Notes: generated by a model from the letters alone, not told the origin. Positions 50,757 through 60,529 are shown, counted from the first letter of the stretch. The stretch: 64,000 bases of DNA from an archaeon (GCA_041650735.1 JBAZKP010000001.1:240786-304785), one strand, 5' to 3'. Made by a program: numbers and translations.

Positions 50757-51055
50757 TTTTTATGACAAAAAAAGAAATTAAGATAGGAGGTATTCAAATA
50801 ACTAAAGGAGCAGTTATTTCAAATCCTGGTTCAACAAAAAATTATAAGACAGGGGAGTGGAGAACATTCAAACCGAGTATTGATCAGGCAAAATGTATTA
50901 AGTGTGCAAAATGTTGGATGACTTGCCCTGATGCCGCAGTATACAAAGATAAAGAAGGAAGATTTCAAGTAAATTATGATTATTGTAAAGGATGTTTGCT
51001 TTGTGAAAAAGAATGTCCTGTAAAAGCAATAAGCCACAAAGTGGAGGAAAAATAA
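50753..51055 (+). CDS. porD: Pyruvate:ferredoxin oxidoreductase delta
   Basis: KTGEWRTFKP, CIKCAKC..CPD, YDYCKGCLLC..ECP. Confidence 0.93.
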   Translation: MIFMTKKEIKIGGIQITKGAVISNPGSTKNYKTGEWRTFKPSIDQAKCIKCAKCWMTCPDAAVYKDKEGRFQVNYDYCKGCLLCEKECPVKAISHKVEEK

Positions 51056-51115
51056 ATTAGTTTAGTGAGGCAAGTTAAGTTAATTTGAAGTTATTTGTTA
51101 AGTTATGTGATTGTT

Positions 51116-52261
51116 ATGGTAAAAAAAGTTGTGATTTCTGGAGCAGATGCGATTGCAAATGCAGTAAAGTTGTGCAGGCCGAAAGTGCTGCCAATGTATC
51201 CAATAACTCCAAGCACACTTGTTCCGGAAAGATTAGCAGAGTACGTGTTTAATGGCGAATTAGATGCAGAAATGATTCATGTTGAATCAGAGCACAGTGC
51301 CGCAAGTGCACTATATGGTGTTTATGCAATGGGGTTAAGGAGTTTTACTGCAACAGCATCACAAGGATTAGCATTAATGCACGAAATTTTGCCAATAATC
51401 TCTGCTTCAAGGTTTCCAGCAGTAATGGCAGTAGCAAACAGAACATTATCGGGACCGTTGAACATTTGGAATGATCATTCAGATGCGATGAGCGAAAGAG
51501 ACCAAGGCTGGATACAGCTTTACTGTGAATCAGCACAAGAAGCATTTGATACAACAATAATGGCGTACAAAATAGCAGAAACTGAAAAAGTCTGCTTGCC
51601 AGTAATGGTGTGCATAGATGGGTTCTCATTATCCCATGTATATGAGCCATTACAAATAGAAGACCAGGAAAAAGTTGATTTATTCCTGCCAGAATACAAA
51701 CCACACGATTTCTTGGACATATCTTCGCCTAAAAGTTTTGGCGCATTTGCAACCCCTGCAACTTACTTTGAGTTCAAAGAACAATACCAGGAAGCAATGG
51801 ATGAATCGCTTAAAATAATTTCCCAAGTGCATGAAGAATTTGCGAAAAAATTTGGGAGAACCTATGGAAACGGATTAATGGAATTAGTTGAAATGAAAGA
51901 TGCCGAATATGCATTACTTGCGGTTGGTACAGCAGCAGGCACAACGCGTGTTGTGATAGAAGAATTGCGCAAAAAAGGAAAAAAAGTTGGTCTAATAAAG
52001 TTGAAAACAATAAGGCCGTTCCCTGTAGAAGAAATAAAAAAAGCATGCAAAAATCTCAAAGCATTAGGAGTAATTGACAGGCACGTATCTTTAGGATATG
52101 AGGGGGCATTAACAATTGATGTAAAAGCCGCACTGAAAGAAGAAAAAGTAAAAGTAGAGGGATTCGTTGCGGGATTAGGCGGAAGAGACATTGACAGAAA
52201 AAGAATTTTATTTGCATTTGAAGCACTAATGCAGGGAAAAAAAGGGTTTTGGTTAAAGTGA
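51116..52261 (+). CDS. porA: Pyruvate:ferredoxin oxidoreductase alpha
   Basis: YPITP, ESEHSA, TATASQGL, DHSD, GLGGRD. Confidence 0.94.
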   Translation: MVKKVVISGADAIANAVKLCRPKVLPMYPITPSTLVPERLAEYVFNGELDAEMIHVESEHSAASALYGVYAMGLRSFTATASQGLALMHEILPIISASRFPAVMAVANRTLSGPLNIWNDHSDAMSERDQGWIQLYCESAQEAFDTTIMAYKIAETEKVCLPVMVCIDGFSLSHVYEPLQIEDQEKVDLFLPEYKPHDFLDISSPKSFGAFATPATYFEFKEQYQEAMDESLKIISQVHEEFAKKFGRTYGNGLMELVEMKDAEYALLAVGTAAGTTRVVIEELRKKGKKVGLIKLKTIRPFPVEEIKKACKNLKALGVIDRHVSLGYEGALTIDVKAALKEEKVKVEGFVAGLGGRDIDRKRILFAFEALMQGKKGFWLK

Positions 52262-52266
52262 TTTTT

Positions 52267-52746
52267 ATGGATAAAAAAATTGGGTTCGGAGTAATTTTAG
52301 TATTACTTGTGTTTTTAGTGGCTGTTATTATCTGGCAGCAAAACTTTGCGCAAAACAATTCAGCAGATGGAAAACAAAATATTCTTGTAGATACAAATAA
52401 ATCAATTGATTCTGCGATGAATGCTTTTTGCGGGATTAATTTTGCCAGCGGGCTTGTTGAATCAGTTACACAATGTGATTTGAATGGGGAAAAAATATAT
52501 GTTCAGAATTATGAATTTCTTGCAGAAGACCAACCCATAGAATTTTATGATGCAAACAAGCAGCTATTGTTTGATTGCGGAGGAATGCCAACGCCTTACC
52601 AGCAAGAAGATGATGTAAGATGCACAATTGTTGACTGCAAAGACAAATTTACACATACTTGCAAGTACACAGATCCAAGCATTTGCGAAATATATTCACA
52701 ATACCCTGCAAGTAAAGAAAAATGTTTAGGCAAAATAAATGAATGA
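52267..52746 (+). CDS. N-anchored Cys-rich extracellular orphan protein
   Basis: N-terminal TM, 8 Cys, CGGMP motif. Confidence 0.65.
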   Translation: MDKKIGFGVILVLLVFLVAVIIWQQNFAQNNSADGKQNILVDTNKSIDSAMNAFCGINFASGLVESVTQCDLNGEKIYVQNYEFLAEDQPIEFYDANKQLLFDCGGMPTPYQQEDDVRCTIVDCKDKFTHTCKYTDPSICEIYSQYPASKEKCLGKINE

Positions 52747-52760
52747 TTTGAGTTGATGAT

Positions 52761-53084
52761 ATGGGTTATGTAAATCAAAGAAGGATTCCATTAAGCGGGC
52801 AGGTGCGCAGCGTTGCAGAGCAAGAAAAATTAGAAAGATTACTGAGAAAAAACCTGTTGAATAAAAAAGAACTAAAAGAAGCATACGAAAAGGGACGAGA
52901 GACAAAGTATTTGAAATTTCTTACAGGGAAGACTAAAGATTTCCCAAGTCCAACGGAATTTTCCAAAGCAGGAAGAGGGGCAGTAAAAGGGGCTATTGCA
53001 ACAAGGCAGTACAAAGCAGCAAAATTAATTGATAAACGAGAAGGTAAAAGACTTAAGTTCAGGAGAATAAAAAAAAGTATGTAA
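52761..53084 (+). CDS. Basic orphan protein
   Basis: 107-aa K/R-rich ORF within the por operon. Confidence 0.65.
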   Translation: MGYVNQRRIPLSGQVRSVAEQEKLERLLRKNLLNKKELKEAYEKGRETKYLKFLTGKTKDFPSPTEFSKAGRGAVKGAIATRQYKAAKLIDKREGKRLKFRRIKKSM

Positions 53085-53099
53085 AGGGATTGTGAAAAA

Positions 53100-54008
53100 A
53101 TGGCGATACTTGGGATAGAAGAAAAAGAATTTTTTGCTTCAGGACACAGGGCTTGTGCAGGATGCGGAGAAGCAATTGCATTAAGACACATAATGAAAGC
53201 GGCGGGTGCTGATACAATAGTTGTTGAAGCAACAGGATGCATGGAAGTAATTTCAACCCAGTATCCTGAAACAGCATGGGAATTACCTTGGGTGCACTGT
53301 GCATTTGAGAATGCGGCAGCAGTAGCAAGCGGAGTAAGAGCCTCGCTTAACATGAAAGGAGACAAAAAAACAAATGTAATCTCAATAGGGGGAGACGGTT
53401 CCGTGTTTGATATAGGATTCGGTGCACTAAGCGGCTCACTGGAAAGAGGGCACAAAATACTGCACATAGTAACTGATAATGAAGCTTATATGAATACAGG
53501 AATACAGAGAAGTGGAGCAACCTTTCCTTATGCAAACACAACAACAAGCCCTGCTGGGAAAGTAATTCCTGGAAAACAACAACCAAAAAAACCTTTGCCT
53601 TTTATTGTTGCTGCGCACGGAGCAAAGTATGTTGCAAGTGCAAGCGTAGCAAATTTATTTGATTTAAAAATGAAAGTACAAAAAGCATTGAACACAGAGG
53701 GCCCTTCATTTTTACACATAATGGTTCCTTGTATTCCTGGGTGGAAAATAGATTCCTCCTCTACAATGGATGTTGCACGAAAAGCAATGGACACAAATGT
53801 ATTCCCTTTGTATGAAATAGAAAATGGGGTGCTTAAATTCAATTACAAGCCAGCAGAGAAAAAACCTGTTGAAGAATACTTAATGATTCAAGGAAGATTC
53901 AAGCACCTTACTCCAGAAATAATAAAGAAGATACAAGAATATGTTGATGCACGCTATTCTTTTATGGAAAGCATAGAAGGAAAAAAAACCTTTGATGTGT
54001 TATTTTAA
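53100..54008 (+). CDS. porB: Pyruvate:ferredoxin oxidoreductase beta
   Basis: GHRACAGCG, ATGC, GGDG, DNEAYMNTG.QRS, QGRFKHL. Confidence 0.95.
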   Translation: MAILGIEEKEFFASGHRACAGCGEAIALRHIMKAAGADTIVVEATGCMEVISTQYPETAWELPWVHCAFENAAAVASGVRASLNMKGDKKTNVISIGGDGSVFDIGFGALSGSLERGHKILHIVTDNEAYMNTGIQRSGATFPYANTTTSPAGKVIPGKQQPKKPLPFIVAAHGAKYVASASVANLFDLKMKVQKALNTEGPSFLHIMVPCIPGWKIDSSSTMDVARKAMDTNVFPLYEIENGVLKFNYKPAEKKPVEEYLMIQGRFKHLTPEIIKKIQEYVDARYSFMESIEGKKTFDVLF

Positions 54009-54049
54009 TTTCCGAAGCATTTAACTATTTTTTGGAATAAATCTTGTTT

Positions 54050-54601
54050 ATGGTGCTCTATTTTATTACCGGAAGCAAATACAAGTTTGCCCAAGTAAAG
54101 GACATTCTTGCTCCAGAAATAAAAATTGAGCAATTAGAAATAGATTTAAATGAAATTCAGGAAATTGATTTTGCCAAAGTGTTAGAGCACAAGCTAAAAG
54201 AAGCACAATCTAAACACAAAGGAGAATTTTTAGTTGAAGACACTTCCTTGTACATTGATGCATTTGGCCAATTACCAGGCCCATTAATTAAATGGTTCAT
54301 TAAAGGCTGGGGTCTTGAAGAAATCTACAATGCAACGCAAAAACTAGGTAAAACTTCTGCAAAAGGTAAATGTATTTTTGCTTATTCTAATGGAAAGCAA
54401 ATAAAGTTTTTTGAAGGAGAAATGTTAGGAGATATAGCAAAACCTGGTAAGAATGATGGTTTTGGTTGGAACCCGATTTTTAAGCCAAAAGGATTTGACA
54501 AAGTGTTATCAGAAATGACTCACGAAAAAAAAATAGAAATAGGGATGAGAAAAAAAGCTCTTGCAAAATTCAAGGAATATTACCTGAAAAGAAATGAATA
54601 A
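54050..54601 (+). CDS. Non-canonical purine NTP pyrophosphatase (Ham1/RdgB)
   Basis: EIQ, VEDTSL, LPGP.IKWF, FGWNPIF. Confidence 0.9.
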   Translation: MVLYFITGSKYKFAQVKDILAPEIKIEQLEIDLNEIQEIDFAKVLEHKLKEAQSKHKGEFLVEDTSLYIDAFGQLPGPLIKWFIKGWGLEEIYNATQKLGKTSAKGKCIFAYSNGKQIKFFEGEMLGDIAKPGKNDGFGWNPIFKPKGFDKVLSEMTHEKKIEIGMRKKALAKFKEYYLKRNE

Positions 54602-54613
54602 AAAAATTGAATT

Positions 54614-55393
54614 TTATTTCAACAAGGTTTGCACACGCTGAAAAGGCAAATCAGTTTTTTTGCACAACTCAACCATGCGTTCTTTATTTTCTTTTAATCC
54701 TTTCCAATCCAAAATAATTTCCTGTGCACCACTCTTTACAATCATTTGTTTCAACAAGTCCTTGTTAAGATTCTCTAACTGGTGTTTAGGGCAAATATGT
54801 CCAAATGAATAAGGTTGACGGAGCACAAGTTTCGAAAAATCAGGGGAATAATGCCCCCCACCAAGCCCAACAACTATTTTATCATTATTTTCTTTAAGTG
54901 TTTCATTAACTACCGTTTCAGCAATAATTTCTGCGGCCAACTCATTTTTCCAATCAGCAGGAGTGCTGCCAATTTCAATGAACAAACATTTTTTGTTAGA
55001 AAAAGGGCCGTGGTGAGTAACCTCCATAGTTACAACAAATCCTTGCTTTACCAGTCCTGAAGAAACATTTTTTTCATTTAATGTCCTCAAATAATTCGCA
55101 CAAACCTTTGGCATTGCCCCGCATAATTCTCTTGCTTTTCCGCCAAATTTTGCTTCTCCAAAATTACCTATTGAATGAACTGTAAGACTTTTTGTTCCTG
55201 ATTCACTTTGGTGGCGGGACAAAAAAATAATCTCTTTTTCCTTTATTTTCTCAGGATTAATAAAAATTATATCCTCTTCAAAACAATAAAATTCTGCCCA
55301 ATCTGGCTTTCCTATTTCCTCAATCTTTTTTGCAACCAGCACACCAGCAGGGTCTTTGATAGAATAAGCTAAAGCAATTCTCTGGTTTTCCAT
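54614..55393 (-). CDS. dtdA: D-aminoacyl-tRNA deacylase (archaeal DTD2)
   Basis: SRHQS, LTVH..GN, EVTHHGP, FIEIGS, GGGHY, GHICPK. Confidence 0.93.
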   Translation of the reverse strand: MENQRIALAYSIKDPAGVLVAKKIEEIGKPDWAEFYCFEEDIIFINPEKIKEKEIIFLSRHQSESGTKSLTVHSIGNFGEAKFGGKARELCGAMPKVCANYLRTLNEKNVSSGLVKQGFVVTMEVTHHGPFSNKKCLFIEIGSTPADWKNELAAEIIAETVVNETLKENNDKIVVGLGGGHYSPDFSKLVLRQPYSFGHICPKHQLENLNKDLLKQMIVKSGAQEIILDWKGLKENKERMVELCKKTDLPFQRVQTLLK

Positions 55394-55468
55394 GATTAAA
55401 TTAAGGGTACAAATATTTAAGTACTTTTTTAAGGTTTTGCAAATAAATTTGTATAATAAGGTGGTTTA

Positions 55469-55621
55469 ATGGTAGTAGAATACGGTGAATTCAAAGGAAA
55501 CAAATTAATAATCCTGAAAAGAACTGAAGCAGATAATTTTCCGTTTCAATTTGGGAAAGGCAAAGCAAAACTCATTGTGGAAAACTTTGATGCTATTAAG
55601 AAATTTGCTGAAGAAGAGTAA
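55469..55621 (+). CDS. 50-aa small protein (missed by ORF track)
   Basis: MVVEYGEFKGNKLIILKRTEADNFPFQFGKGKAKLIVENFDAIKKFAEEE; AGGTGG RBS; T-run after stop. Confidence 0.8.
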   Translation: MVVEYGEFKGNKLIILKRTEADNFPFQFGKGKAKLIVENFDAIKKFAEEE

Positions 55622-55641
55622 TCCTTTTTCTATTATTCAAA

Positions 55642-55712
55642 TGGACTTGGCGGGAGTTGAACCCGCATCCCGCCCATGCGAAGGGCGTATTCTACCGCTA
55701 TACTACAAGCCC
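55642..55712 (-). tRNA. tRNA-Ala(CGC)
   Basis: GGGCTTGTAGTATAGCGGTAGAATACGCCCTTCGCATGGGC...GGTTCAACTCCCGCCAAGTCCA; G3:U70. Confidence 0.94.
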
Positions 55713-55789
55713 TTTTAGTGCTGGTATTTACCCAGCCCCATTATTCTTTATCAGAAAACATTTTAATACTCTTAATGTGTTAGTTCTTC

Positions 55790-57841
55790 ATGGCAAGAAA
55801 GTTAGTTCCTTTTGAATTAGATAAGATGTTTAATCCTCGAAGTGTGGCAGTCATTGGAGCATCAAATAATCCCGGAAAAGTGGGATATGCAATAATAAAG
55901 AATCTCGCCGAAGCAGATTTTTCCGGTGAAGTATATCCAGTTAATTTAAATGAAAAAAAAATTCAAGGAATAAATGCGTATCCATTTGTTTCAAAAATCA
56001 ATAAACCTGTTGATGTTGCAATAATATGCGTGCCTGCAAAATTTGCCCCCTCTATTTTGAAAGAGTGTGCTCAAAAAGGAATAAAAAATGCAGTAATAAT
56101 AACTGCTGGTTTCTCAGAAACAGGAGTGGAGGGAAAAAAACTTGAAGAAGAAATGAGAAAAATAATTGAAGAAAACAATATGGCGGTTGTGGGGCCGAAT
56201 ACTTTAGGGATAATAAATACAGAGGACGGCTTTAATGGTTCATTTTCAGCAACTTTTCCTCAACAAGGAAATATTGCGGTTGTTTCACAATCAGGGGCCT
56301 TATGCACAGCAATTCTTGATTGGGCAAGGCAAGAAAAAATAGGTTTCAGCAAATTTATTTCAACAGGAAACAAATCTTTCCTAAGCGAAGCGAGTTATTT
56401 TTCTTATCTTGCAAAAGATCCTCGAACAAAATCTGTTTTCGTTTACATGGAGTCAGTAAAAAATGCAGAATTATTTTTAAAAGAAGCAGCAAAACTCGCA
56501 AAGAAAAAACCCGTTGTTTTGATAAAAGCAGGCAGATCAGCTGAAGGACAAAAAGCAGCATCATCACACACCGGTGCATTAAGTGTTGATGATAATATTT
56601 TTAGCGTGGCATGCAAAAAAGCGAATATAATCAGGATAAATTCAATAGAAGGGTTTTTTGACATGGCAAAACTTCTTTCGAAATTAAGGCGAGTTAAAGG
56701 ATTCAAGCTTGCAGTTGTAACAAACGCTGGAGGGCCAGGGGTAATTGTTGCGGATTCAGCATCAGTACATAAATTTGAATTGCCTACTTTTAGTGAAAAA
56801 ACATTTGAGGCAGTAAAACAAATAAACCCTCATCCCTCAAACCCGCTTGATTTGATTGGAGATGCAAAGCCTATTGATTATAGGACCGCATTAAAAATGC
56901 TTCAAAGTGATCCAGCAATAGATATTGTTTATACTTTGCTTACCCCTCAAAGCATGACTAACCCTGAAAGAGTTGCGGATATAGTTGCAGCATTGAACAA
57001 ACACAAACCTATAATATGCTCTTTTTTAGGGGGTACAGCAGTAGCAAACCCTCGGCGTTATTTGAAAGAGCATGATGTGGTTGATTTTGAAACCCCTGAA
57101 AGAGGAATAAAGGCATTATCAAGATTAAAAGAATATTATGATAGTAAACCTGTAAAAAAAGCGTTTGAGCAAAAAATAATAATTGATAAAAGCATAAAAA
57201 AAATTCTTCGTGGGAAAAAACAGTTAACCCTTGAAGAATCTTTTTCATTATTAAAAAATTCAGGAATTCTTGTCCCTAAAACAATTTTCTTTGAAAAAAA
57301 AGAAGAATTGGATTTTTCGCAAATAAATTATCCCGTTGCATTAAAAACAGCAACAGGGCTGGCGCATAAAACAGATTATGGGTTGGTAAAAGCAAATATC
57401 AAGAACAGGACCGAGCTTGAAAAATATATTGATTTAATGGCTGTAAAAACAAATGAATTAAAAATTTCTCCTTCCTTAGCCGTTCAAGAAATGATTTTTG
57501 GGCAAGAAGTTCTTGTTTCAGCAATAACAACAGAGTTTGGGAAAGTAATTACTTATGGTCTTGGAGGAATATTTGTAGAAATAATGAAAGACATATCGCA
57601 AAAAATAGCGCCTATTAATGATTCTGATTTGAATGAAATGATGGAGGAAGTAAAAGGAACAAAACTCCTTCAAGGATACAGAACAAAAAAGAAATATGAC
57701 TTAGAATCACTGAAAAAAATAATCAAACTGCTTTCATCCATTGTACATAATTATCCTGAAATAAAGGAAATTGAATTTAACCCAGTGATTGTAACAGAAA
57801 ACGGTTGTTATGCAGTTGATGCTGTAATAACTTTGAATTAA
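55790..57841 (+). CDS. acd: ADP-forming acetyl-CoA synthetase (fused alpha-beta)
   Basis: SVAVIGAS, GPNTLG, SQSGA, SHTGAL phospho-His, NAGGPG, HKTD, EFNPVIV. Confidence 0.93.
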   Translation: MARKLVPFELDKMFNPRSVAVIGASNNPGKVGYAIIKNLAEADFSGEVYPVNLNEKKIQGINAYPFVSKINKPVDVAIICVPAKFAPSILKECAQKGIKNAVIITAGFSETGVEGKKLEEEMRKIIEENNMAVVGPNTLGIINTEDGFNGSFSATFPQQGNIAVVSQSGALCTAILDWARQEKIGFSKFISTGNKSFLSEASYFSYLAKDPRTKSVFVYMESVKNAELFLKEAAKLAKKKPVVLIKAGRSAEGQKAASSHTGALSVDDNIFSVACKKANIIRINSIEGFFDMAKLLSKLRRVKGFKLAVVTNAGGPGVIVADSASVHKFELPTFSEKTFEAVKQINPHPSNPLDLIGDAKPIDYRTALKMLQSDPAIDIVYTLLTPQSMTNPERVADIVAALNKHKPIICSFLGGTAVANPRRYLKEHDVVDFETPERGIKALSRLKEYYDSKPVKKAFEQKIIIDKSIKKILRGKKQLTLEESFSLLKNSGILVPKTIFFEKKEELDFSQINYPVALKTATGLAHKTDYGLVKANIKNRTELEKYIDLMAVKTNELKISPSLAVQEMIFGQEVLVSAITTEFGKVITYGLGGIFVEIMKDISQKIAPINDSDLNEMMEEVKGTKLLQGYRTKKKYDLESLKKIIKLLSSIVHNYPEIKEIEFNPVIVTENGCYAVDAVITLN

Positions 57842-57888
57842 CTAGAATAAGTGGTTTTGTTTTAAAACTTCTTTTACTTATTTTTACT

Positions 57889-58839
57889 ATGAAAAACATA
57901 GGGTCTTTGAAGCTTGATGGAGAGTTGTTCCTCGCGCCAATGGCAGATTATACTAATCTTGCATTCCGCACCCTCTGTAAGGAATATGGTGCAGCGCTTG
58001 TTTATACTGAACTCATTTCAGCAAAGGCCTTGGTTATGAAAAATAAAAAAACAGAGGCAATGCTTAAAGTAAATAAAAAAGAAAAACCTGTGTTTCTTCA
58101 GTTATTCGGCTCCAATCCAGAGGATTTTGGGAAAGCAATTGAGTTTGTTGAAAAAAAATTTCCTGAAAACTTTGCAGGGTATGATCTTAACTGTGGGTGT
58201 GCAGTACCAAAAGCACTAAAAGGCAAATACGGCTGTTCCATAATGAATAATCCAATAATTATAGGAAAAATTTTGTGCACAATGAAAAAGCAGACTAAGA
58301 AGCCTGTTACATTAAAGATGCGACTTGGAATGAATGATGAAAATTTTTTGCTTGTTGCGGAACAGGCTGAAGCAGCAGAGATAGATGCTATTGCGCTTCA
58401 CCCAAGACTTGGAAATCAAGGGTACTCAGGGAAAGCAAATTGGGCAAAAATTGCTGAATTAAAAGAAAAAGTTTCAGTGCCAGTTATTGGTAATGGGGAC
58501 ATTAAGGTTCCTGAAGATGTTTTCATGATGAAGAAAGAAACTAATTGTGATTTTGAAATGATTGGGCGCGCATCAATTGGCAACGCATTTTTTTTCAAAC
58601 AAGCAGAATGCGCACTTGGCAGGAAAAAAATTCCTGAACGTACTACAAAAGAGGCTGTAAAAGAAGCAACAAAATTTTTTGAACTTGTAAAAGAATTTAA
58701 TTTGAAACCTAATGATACGAGGCCTTATTTAATAGGATTTGCAAAAGGATTTCCTCATGCAGCCGAGCTAAGAAACAAATTTGGGTTAAGCAAAACAATT
58801 GAAGAAATGGAAGCTCATTTCTCCAAGTATTTTGTGTAA
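57889..58839 (+). CDS. dusB: tRNA-dihydrouridine synthase (DusB-like)
   Basis: LAPMADYT, QLFGS, DLNCGC, KMRLG, HPR, PVIGNGDI, MIGRA. Confidence 0.9.
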   Translation: MKNIGSLKLDGELFLAPMADYTNLAFRTLCKEYGAALVYTELISAKALVMKNKKTEAMLKVNKKEKPVFLQLFGSNPEDFGKAIEFVEKKFPENFAGYDLNCGCAVPKALKGKYGCSIMNNPIIIGKILCTMKKQTKKPVTLKMRLGMNDENFLLVAEQAEAAEIDAIALHPRLGNQGYSGKANWAKIAELKEKVSVPVIGNGDIKVPEDVFMMKKETNCDFEMIGRASIGNAFFFKQAECALGRKKIPERTTKEAVKEATKFFELVKEFNLKPNDTRPYLIGFAKGFPHAAELRNKFGLSKTIEEMEAHFSKYFV

Positions 58840-58843
58840 AAAC

Positions 58844-59002
58844 CTAAATTTCAGGTGCATAGATTTTTCTTTGAGTGTTCCCTTTTTTTATATACCCCAA
58901 AGAGGACTCTTGAAATAATTTTTCACATTTAGTTGAACAAAATTTTTGCCCGTTATTTTGAGCCTCAAATATTACTCCGCATCTCGCACAGAGTTTCTTC
59001 AT
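58844..59002 (-). CDS. 52-aa treble-clef/TRASH-like zinc-finger microprotein
   Basis: MKKLCARCGVIFEAQNNGQKFCSTKCEK... Confidence 0.7.
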   Translation of the reverse strand: MKKLCARCGVIFEAQNNGQKFCSTKCEKLFQESSLGYIKKGNTQRKIYAPEI

Positions 59003-59166
59003 TTTCCCACCATCCGCCCGCCAGTATTAACAGAGCATGATTGCTCCCCAGCATAGGAATTGGTTATGTGAATAATTTAAAACACAATCTCTTGCATATG
59101 CTTTGCGCTGCTTGCACAGGATTTTACCAACAGCAAGGTTAAAAATAATAAACACTATTATATGTC

Positions 59167-59757
59167 ATGCCTGAATGCACTGATCAGTCCAAAAAAATTG
59201 CTCGAGAAGCTGAAGAATGGGCTGCAAAGCAAAAGCTCCTTCAATTATCTGAAATAAGCCTTGTTCTTGATACTTATGATGATATATTTTCAGATTTTGA
59301 TCCCCGAACATTTGATAAAAGGGCACTTTCAGATGACTTTTTAGTTGAAATAAAAAGAGCTACACGAGAAAAAAAATCAGGGTTAATAGAAATTAATTTT
59401 TTAATTCCTTTGGAAAAAAAGAAAGAAGAAACTGAAGCCAAAATAAGGAAGCGACTTAGGGACCATTTTAAGAGACACTATGACTTAACAAAAAAAGAAG
59501 TGGATAAGGTAAGAGGAGGAGGAATGTTAATGGTTGCAGTAGGGTTTGTACTCTCCATACTTGCAGCAGTTTTTATTTATCCTAATGAGAGCAACAATAT
59601 TCTAAATAACATAATTCTTGTTCTTATAGAGCCTGCTGCATGGTTCACTATCTGGGAAGGAGCAAACAAAATATTTGATACATGGAAAGATCTTGAACCT
59701 GATTTAGAGTTTTATAGAAAAATGACTAAATGCGAAGTAAGCTTTACTGCATATTAA
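59167..59757 (+). CDS. Hypothetical 2-TM membrane protein
   Basis: LDTYDDIFSDFDPR...LSDDFL, EPAAWFTIWEG. Confidence 0.8.
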   Translation: MPECTDQSKKIAREAEEWAAKQKLLQLSEISLVLDTYDDIFSDFDPRTFDKRALSDDFLVEIKRATREKKSGLIEINFLIPLEKKKEETEAKIRKRLRDHFKRHYDLTKKEVDKVRGGGMLMVAVGFVLSILAAVFIYPNESNNILNNIILVLIEPAAWFTIWEGANKIFDTWKDLEPDLEFYRKMTKCEVSFTAY

Positions 59758-59788
59758 GCATATTTCTTCATACTGGGTGAAAGAGTTA

Positions 59789-60409
59789 TTAGTTTTCCTC
59801 AAACCCTATTTGTGAATCAATTTCTTCAGCAGCTTTTTTTAACTGGGAAAAAATTCTTTCAATATCTTCCTCTATTTCCTCAATAGTACGTTTCATGCTC
59901 CTGCTTCTTGATGAATAAAATTTTCCGTTTTTTTCAATTAATCCTGAGTGCAGCAAATTATTGAGATGATTAATTACTGCTCCGCGACTCATACCTATTC
60001 TTTCAGCGAGAGCAGTACTGCTTAAAGCTTCCCCTTTTTCTGTTGAAAGAACAATTTCTTTGAAAACAGCCGCAGCATTCTTGTCCTTGTCAATTGGTTC
60101 AAAAAAACCTAATGAAGAGCAAATCCAGGTTAATTGGTGTTCAAAATCATCTTTGAAAGGGCGTTCAACTTTTCTTACAACAACCTTGAATTTTGATCTT
60201 TTCGTAGAAACATGTTTAACAGAACCCTTCATTATGGGTAAGGAGTAAACCTGCATAACCTCGCTATTACTTATTTTATTTTGTACTTGTTTTGTTTTAG
60301 TTTTTGATTTGCTTTTCAAAGGTCTTAATTTATCCAAGTGATTTGTGATTTCAGGTCTATAAATATCAGGTAATTTTTCTTCAGAAAAAAGTGCTTTCTT
60401 CTTTACCAT
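59789..60409 (-). CDS. wHTH (ArsR/MarR-like) regulator divergent from grpE-dnaK
   Basis: LSSTALAERIGMSRGAVINHLNNLLHSGLIEKNGKFY. Confidence 0.85.
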   Translation of the reverse strand: MVKKKALFSEEKLPDIYRPEITNHLDKLRPLKSKSKTKTKQVQNKISNSEVMQVYSLPIMKGSVKHVSTKRSKFKVVVRKVERPFKDDFEHQLTWICSSLGFFEPIDKDKNAAAVFKEIVLSTEKGEALSSTALAERIGMSRGAVINHLNNLLHSGLIEKNGKFYSSRSRSMKRTIEEIEEDIERIFSQLKKAAEEIDSQIGFEEN

Positions 60410-60488
60410 TGTTCCACACAGTGATTTTCAACTAGTTTATTTTGTTCTAAGAAACCTTTAAAAACCCTTTGTCTAAAGAATATCATTA

Positions 60489-60509
60489 TTGTTCAAACAG
60501 TTTGGACAA
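60489..60509. promoter_or_regulatory. Operator-like palindrome upstream of grpE
   Basis: TTGTTCAAA-CAG-TTTGGACAA about 25 bp downstream of TATA CTTTAAAA. Confidence 0.55.
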
Positions 60510-60529
60510 AGCAAGTGTTTGGTGTCTTA

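Noticed and set aside
52775..53467. 230-aa minus-strand ORF and the many other antisense ORFs in the track
   Set aside because: Shadows of well-supported genes, with F/S/L-rich composition from reverse-complemented K/E codons
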